This document shows positions 59,332 to 64,000 of a DNA stretch of 64,000 bases, in pieces. Source of the DNA: Candidatus Bathyarchaeota archaeon (GTDB lineage Archaea; Thermoproteota; Bathyarchaeia; Bathyarchaeales; Bathycorpusculaceae); assembly GCA_963702095.1 (NCBI GenBank), contig OY969706.1, positions 608,001 to 672,000 of the forward strand. The letters run 5' to 3'. The stretch's first letter is position 1. Each line of letters begins with the position of its first letter. The notes beneath the pieces were generated by a model. That model did not search any database. It was not told where the DNA came from and saw nothing but the letters and a program-made list of their open reading frames with translations. The translations under genes were made by a program, and so were the position numbers.

Positions 59332-62300
59332 TTGACAACTATACAAAAAGTCCAAAAAGAAGACATTCACTATCTCCTCAAAACATTCTTCAACGATAAA
59401 GGCCTAGTCCGCCAGCACCTCGACAGCTACAACGAATTCATCGACCATGGACTCCAAGAAGTCGTGGACGAAGTCGCCGAAATCCCCATCGAAGTGCCAG
59501 AGAGCCCATACAAAGTTAAGCTAGGCCAAATCTGGGTCATAGACCCGCAGAGCCGCATCACCGGTCCCTACGCAACCGAAGTAGACGGCACCAAACATGA
59601 AATTTACCCCATGGAAGCAAGACTTAGAAACTTGGCGTATTCCGCGCCTATAGCGTTGGAAATGACTCCGGTCATCGACGGCAGAGAACAAGACACGGAG
59701 TTAGTCTACATCGGCAACATCCCCGTCATGTTAAAAAGCAAACTTTGCTTCCTAAGCCAGCTGAGCCGCGAAGAACTTATCGCAGCAGGCGAAGACCCAG
59801 ACGATCCTGGAGGATACTTTGTCGTTAACGGTTCTGAGCGCGTCATCGTCGCCATGGAGGACTTGGCGCCCAACCGCGTCATAGTTGACATCGACGAAAA
59901 AGGAACCAGTCCCATTTTCCAAGCAAAAATCTTCTCAACCACTGTAGGCTTCCGCGCACGCATAGAGCTCAAGCTCAAAAGCGACGACGCAATCTACGTC
60001 ACCATGCCCGGTGTCCCCACAGAAATCCCCTTCGTCGTCATCATGCGCGCCCTAACACTCGAAAAAGACAAAGACATCGCCGAAGCAGTCAGCCTAGACC
60101 CCGACACCCAAACCCAACTGGGCGCTTCATTCGAAAAAGCCATCGGCGTAGACACACCCCAAGACGCCATCCTCTTCATCGGCAACCGCGTCGCCCATGG
60201 ACAAGTCGAAGAATACAGGCTTCAGAAAGCCGAAACCGCCCTCGACAAAAACTTCCTGCCGCACTTGGGCAGAAGCGATAAAAACCGCCGCGATAAAGCC
60301 ATATTTTTAGGCGAAATGGCATACCGCGTTATCCAACTCAAGACGGGCAGGCGCCAACCAGACGACAAAGACCACTTCAAAAACAAACGTCTACGACTCG
60401 GCGGTCCACTCTTAGCAGACCTCTTCCGAGTCTCCTTCCGCAATCTTACACGTGACATCAAGTATCAGCTTGAACGCATAGGCGTTAAGGGCCCAATAAT
60501 CACTGTCTCAGCCGCAGTCCGCCCCGGCATCATCACCGAACGGTTCCAGCATGCATTGGCAACTGGCAACTGGGGCAGAGGCAGAGTCGGCATCACCCAA
60601 CTACTCGACCGAACAAACTACATCTCAACCCTTAGCCACCTACGAAGGCTCCAGTCGCCATTGAGCAGAAGCCAACCTAACTTCGAAGCCAGAGACTTAC
60701 ACCCCACCCACTGGGGCAGACTCTGTCCAAACGAGACGCCTGAAGGCTCAAACTGCGGTCTCGTAAAAAACCTCGCGTTATCCGCTTCCATCGCCGTCGG
60801 CGTAAACCCCGACCGCATCCGCCAACTACTCTTCGAAATGGGCACGGTCCCAGCATACGAAGCCACCAACGAACTGCGCATAAACGGCGCCAAAGTCTTC
60901 GTTGACGGAAACATAATCGGCTACTGCAACAACCCCCAAGATATGGTGCAGAATTTCCGCCAAAGACGACGTGCAGGCGAAATCTCCACAGAAGTCAACG
61001 TAACCTACTTCTCCAAGCAGCAAACCGAAACCGAAGAACTCCACGCTAACTGCGACGAAGGCAGAGTCCGCCGCCCACTCATCATTGTGGAAAACGGCAT
61101 TGCGAAATTGCAGGGTAAGCACTTCGAGAAAATCGGGTTAGGCGAATGGACTTGGGAAGACCTTGTCAAAAACGGCTTAGTCGAATACCTTGACGCTGAG
61201 GAAGAGGAAAACGCTTACATCGCTCTTAGCTACGAAACCATAGCGCCCGATTCAACTCATGTTGAAATCGCCACCTACACCATACTTGGTATCTGCGCAT
61301 CCACTATCCCCTATCCAGAGCACAACCAGTCACCACGCAACTCCTACCAAGCAGCCATGGCAAAACAAGCTTTAGGCGTCTACGGCACAAACTTCCATCA
61401 CCGCGTCGACAGTCGCAGCCACATTCTCCACTACCCTCAGGTGCCACTGGTCCAAACCGAAAACATGGAAGTCATGGGCTACAAGCAACGTCCCACAGGG
61501 CAAAACTGCGTTGTCGCCGTGTTATCGTTTGAAGGATACAACATGGAAGACGCCATCATATTCAATAAAGCCTCAATAGAAAGGGGCTTAGCACGCAGCA
61601 CCTTCTACCGCATCTACGAAGCTGAGTGCCGCCAGTACCTCGGTGGACTCAAAGACCAATTCAGAATACCCGAGGCAGGCACACGTGGTTACAGAGGCGA
61701 ACAATACTACCGCTTACTAGAACCCGACGGAATCATTGGTCTCGAATCAACGGTTGTCGGCGGAGACGTGCTTATCGGCAGAATCAGCCCCCCAAGATTC
61801 CTCGAAGAATACAAGGAATTCGAAGTCAAGGGACCCAGCATGCGTGACACCTCTGTTGACATGCGCCCGTCTGAAACAGGCATCGTGGATGGCATATTCA
61901 TCACTGAAAGCGGCGAAGGCAGCCAACTCGTCAAAGTCCGCGTCAGAGACCAACGTGTCCCTGAACTCGGAGACAAATTCGCCAGCCGCCATGGACAGAA
62001 AGGAGTCATCGGCTTAATCGTGCCCCAAGAAGACTTACCCTTCACAGACGACGGCATCGTCCCCGACTTAATCATCAACCCGCACGCTATCCCCAGCCGT
62101 ATGACCATCGGACAATTCATCGAGTCACTCTCAGGCAAAGTCGCAGCGGCAAGTGGCAAACCAGGCGACGGCACGCCCTTCACCAATGAAGGACCCGACG
62201 AAGTACGCAAAAACCTCACAAAACACGGATTCAGCCACACAGGCAGCGAAGTCTTCTATAACGGCAAATCAGGAGAAAAATTCGTCGCCGATGTTTTCGT

Positions 62301-62706
62301 AGGCTTAGTTTACTACCAGAAACTCCACCACATGGTCGCTGACAAAATCCACGCTCGCGCTCGTGGCCAAGTGCAGATGCTCACTCGCCAGCCAACTGAA
62401 GGCCGTGCGAGGGGTGGTGGTCTGCGTTTCGGAGAAATGGAGCGGGACTGCCTAATCGGACACGGCGCCGCTATGCTACTGCGTGACAGATTGCTGGAGG
62501 AGTCAGACAAGTACACGCTCTACATCTGCGAGAACTGTGGGCAAATCGCTTACTTCGATATGAAACAGAGGCGTTATGTCTGCAAAATCTGTGACGAAAA
62601 AGCCAAGATCGCCCCAGTAATCGTATCATACGCTTTCAAGCTTCTCTTACAGGAGCTGCAGAGCCTATGCATCACACCCAAACTCAAACTTAAGGAGAAG
62701 GCATAA
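59332..62706 (+). CDS. rpoB: DNA-directed RNA polymerase subunit B (unsplit Rpo2)
   Basis: [37 protein letters not shown] motifs and a C-terminal Zn ribbon. Confidence 0.97.
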   Translation: MTTIQKVQKEDIHYLLKTFFNDKGLVRQHLDSYNEFIDHGLQEVVDEVAEIPIEVPESPYKVKLGQIWVIDPQSRITGPYATEVDGTKHEIYPMEARLRNLAYSAPIALEMTPVIDGREQDTELVYIGNIPVMLKSKLCFLSQLSREELIAAGEDPDDPGGYFVVNGSERVIVAMEDLAPNRVIVDIDEKGTSPIFQAKIFSTTVGFRARIELKLKSDDAIYVTMPGVPTEIPFVVIMRALTLEKDKDIAEAVSLDPDTQTQLGASFEKAIGVDTPQDAILFIGNRVAHGQVEEYRLQKAETALDKNFLPHLGRSDKNRRDKAIFLGEMAYRVIQLKTGRRQPDDKDHFKNKRLRLGGPLLADLFRVSFRNLTRDIKYQLERIGVKGPIITVSAAVRPGIITERFQHALATGNWGRGRVGITQLLDRTNYISTLSHLRRLQSPLSRSQPNFEARDLHPTHWGRLCPNETPEGSNCGLVKNLALSASIAVGVNPDRIRQLLFEMGTVPAYEATNELRINGAKVFVDGNIIGYCNNPQDMVQNFRQRRRAGEISTEVNVTYFSKQQTETEELHANCDEGRVRRPLIIVENGIAKLQGKHFEKIGLGEWTWEDLVKNGLVEYLDAEEEENAYIALSYETIAPDSTHVEIATYTILGICASTIPYPEHNQSPRNSYQAAMAKQALGVYGTNFHHRVDSRSHILHYPQVPLVQTENMEVMGYKQRPTGQNCVVAVLSFEGYNMEDAIIFNKASIERGLARSTFYRIYEAECRQYLGGLKDQFRIPEAGTRGYRGEQYYRLLEPDGIIGLESTVVGGDVLIGRISPPRFLEEYKEFEVKGPSMRDTSVDMRPSETGIVDGIFITESGEGSQLVKVRVRDQRVPELGDKFASRHGQKGVIGLIVPQEDLPFTDDGIVPDLIINPHAIPSRMTIGQFIESLSGKVAAASGKPGDGTPFTNEGPDEVRKNLTKHGFSHTGSEVFYNGKSGEKFVADVFVGLVYYQKLHHMVADKIHARARGQVQMLTRQPTEGRARGGGLRFGEMERDCLIGHGAAMLLRDRLLEESDKYTLYICENCGQIAYFDMKQRRYVCKICDEKAKIAPVIVSYAFKLLLQELQSLCITPKLKLKEKA

Positions 62707-62707
62707 G

Positions 62708-64000
62708 ATGGCACAACAGGAAGAATTAATCCACAAAATAGTAGACGAAATATCATTCGGACTAATCTCACCAAAAGACCTCAGAAAACAATCCGTCGTA
62801 GAAATACAAACCCCAGACACCTACGACGAAGACGGTGCACCCATCACCGCAGGCCTCATGGACGGACGCCTCGGCACCCTCGAACCACGTCAACGCTGCA
62901 AAACCTGCGGCAACACAGCCATCCGCTGCCCCGGACACTTCGGACACATCGAACTCGCAGTACCCATAGTTCACATTGAATTCACCAAAATCATCTTCGA
63001 CCTCTTAAAAGCAACTTGCCGCACATGCGGACGCATCCTACTCTCCGAAGAAGCATCCAAAAAAGCCCGCCAACGCATCGAACGCTTCAACGAACTCCTA
63101 GGCACCATCCCAGACGAAGTCTACAAAGAAATCATGACCGACATCAAAGCCAAACAATGCCCCTACTGCGCTGCTCCACAATTCAAAATCACCTTTGAGA
63201 AACCAACCAAATTCATTGAGCAAACTGAAGCAGGCTCTGAACCGCTCACACCCAGCATGATCCGCGAACGCCTTGAACGCGTCAGCGACGAAGACCTCGA
63301 AATCTTGGGTTTCAACCCCAAAGTTGCACGCCCAGAATGGATGGTTCTACAAGTATTGCCCGTTCCCCCAGTGTATGTGCGCCCATCAATCACACTTGAA
63401 TCAGGTATCCGCAGTGAAGACGACTTAACCCATAAACTCGTCGACATTATCCGCATTAACCAGCGCCTCAAAGAAAACATGGAGGCAGGTGCGCCAACAC
63501 TTATCATCCAAGACCTCAGCGAATTGTTGCAGTACCACGTTACTACTTACTTTAACAACGAAGCCTCAGGTATCCCGCCTGCACGCCACCGCAGCGGCAG
63601 AGCACTCAAAACATTGAGCCAACGGTTGAAAGGCAAAGAAGGCCGATTCCGAAGCAACCTCTCAGGCAAACGTGTCGACTTCTCTGCACGTACCGTCATC
63701 TCACCTGACCCTAACCTTGACATAAACGAAGTCGGTGTCCCAAAAGACGTCGCTATGCGCCTCAGTGTCCCCGAAAAAGTTACCACTTGGAACATCGAGG
63801 AAATGAGGAAACTCGTCATCAACGGACCCGAAACCTACCCTGGCGCACTATACATTATTCGCCCAGACGGCAAACGCATCCGCCTCGAGTTCGTCGTGGA
63901 CCGCACCAAAATCGCCGAGGCAGTCGAATTAGGCTTCGTTGTCGAACGCCACCTCAAAAACGGCGACATCGCAATCTTTAACCGACAGCCCTCACTCCAC
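62708..64000 (+). CDS. rpoA1: RNA polymerase subunit A' (Rpo1), 3'-truncated by the window
   Basis: From ATG 62708: FGLISP, CKTCG...[28 protein letters not shown] and FNRQPSLH. Confidence 0.96.
   Translation, partial: MAQQEELIHKIVDEISFGLISPKDLRKQSVVEIQTPDTYDEDGAPITAGLMDGRLGTLEPRQRCKTCGNTAIRCPGHFGHIELAVPIVHIEFTKIIFDLLKATCRTCGRILLSEEASKKARQRIERFNELLGTIPDEVYKEIMTDIKAKQCPYCAAPQFKITFEKPTKFIEQTEAGSEPLTPSMIRERLERVSDEDLEILGFNPKVARPEWMVLQVLPVPPVYVRPSITLESGIRSEDDLTHKLVDIIRINQRLKENMEAGAPTLIIQDLSELLQYHVTTYFNNEASGIPPARHRSGRALKTLSQRLKGKEGRFRSNLSGKRVDFSARTVISPDPNLDINEVGVPKDVAMRLSVPEKVTTWNIEEMRKLVINGPETYPGALYIIRPDGKRIRLEFVVDRTKIAEAVELGFVVERHLKNGDIAIFNRQPSLH

Noticed and set aside
59706-63981. Many antisense and alternate-frame ORFs within rpoB/rpoA', and likewise within the AOR, EF-2 and PQQ-like genes
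   Set aside because: These are shadow ORFs caused by codon bias, with no recognisable motifs.

Overview
Archaeal chromosomal window, most likely Bathyarchaeia (inferred from the unsplit rpoB, an EF-2 paralog, expanded PQQ-like and NosD-like surface proteins, and tandem AORs). It has five parts. (1) Housekeeping block at 1-11 kb: NiFe-hydrogenase tail and maturation protease, purE, corA, purC, two purP, a kinase, the EF-2 paralog and OGG1. (2) Surface-protein and regulator region at 11-29 kb, with tRNA-Ile2(CAT), two large PQQ-like proteins and an ABC-2 operon. (3) Peptide and aldehyde catabolism block at 29-41 kb. (4) A ~14.4 kb defective provirus or satellite (42230-56617) integrated in the 3' end of an intron-containing tRNA-Leu(CAA), next to an older att relic carrying a RelBE-type module. 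(5) rpoB-rpoA' at the end. Main highlights: a provirus-borne operon encoding a radical SAM/SPASM enzyme, a GYPxCC (DUF483-like) partner and a Cys-rich HxD-motif protein; an integrase whose C-terminus would be swapped in frame for a Cys-rich tail on excision; a candidate regulon of membrane-anchored wHTH proteins with a GTTC-N7-GAAC-N6-GTTC operator; two families of structured intergenic repeats; and a NifB-like protein that has lost its cluster cysteines. About seven single-base indels suggest consensus errors, so pseudogene calls are tentative. All family calls come from motif recognition by eye; no database searches were run.
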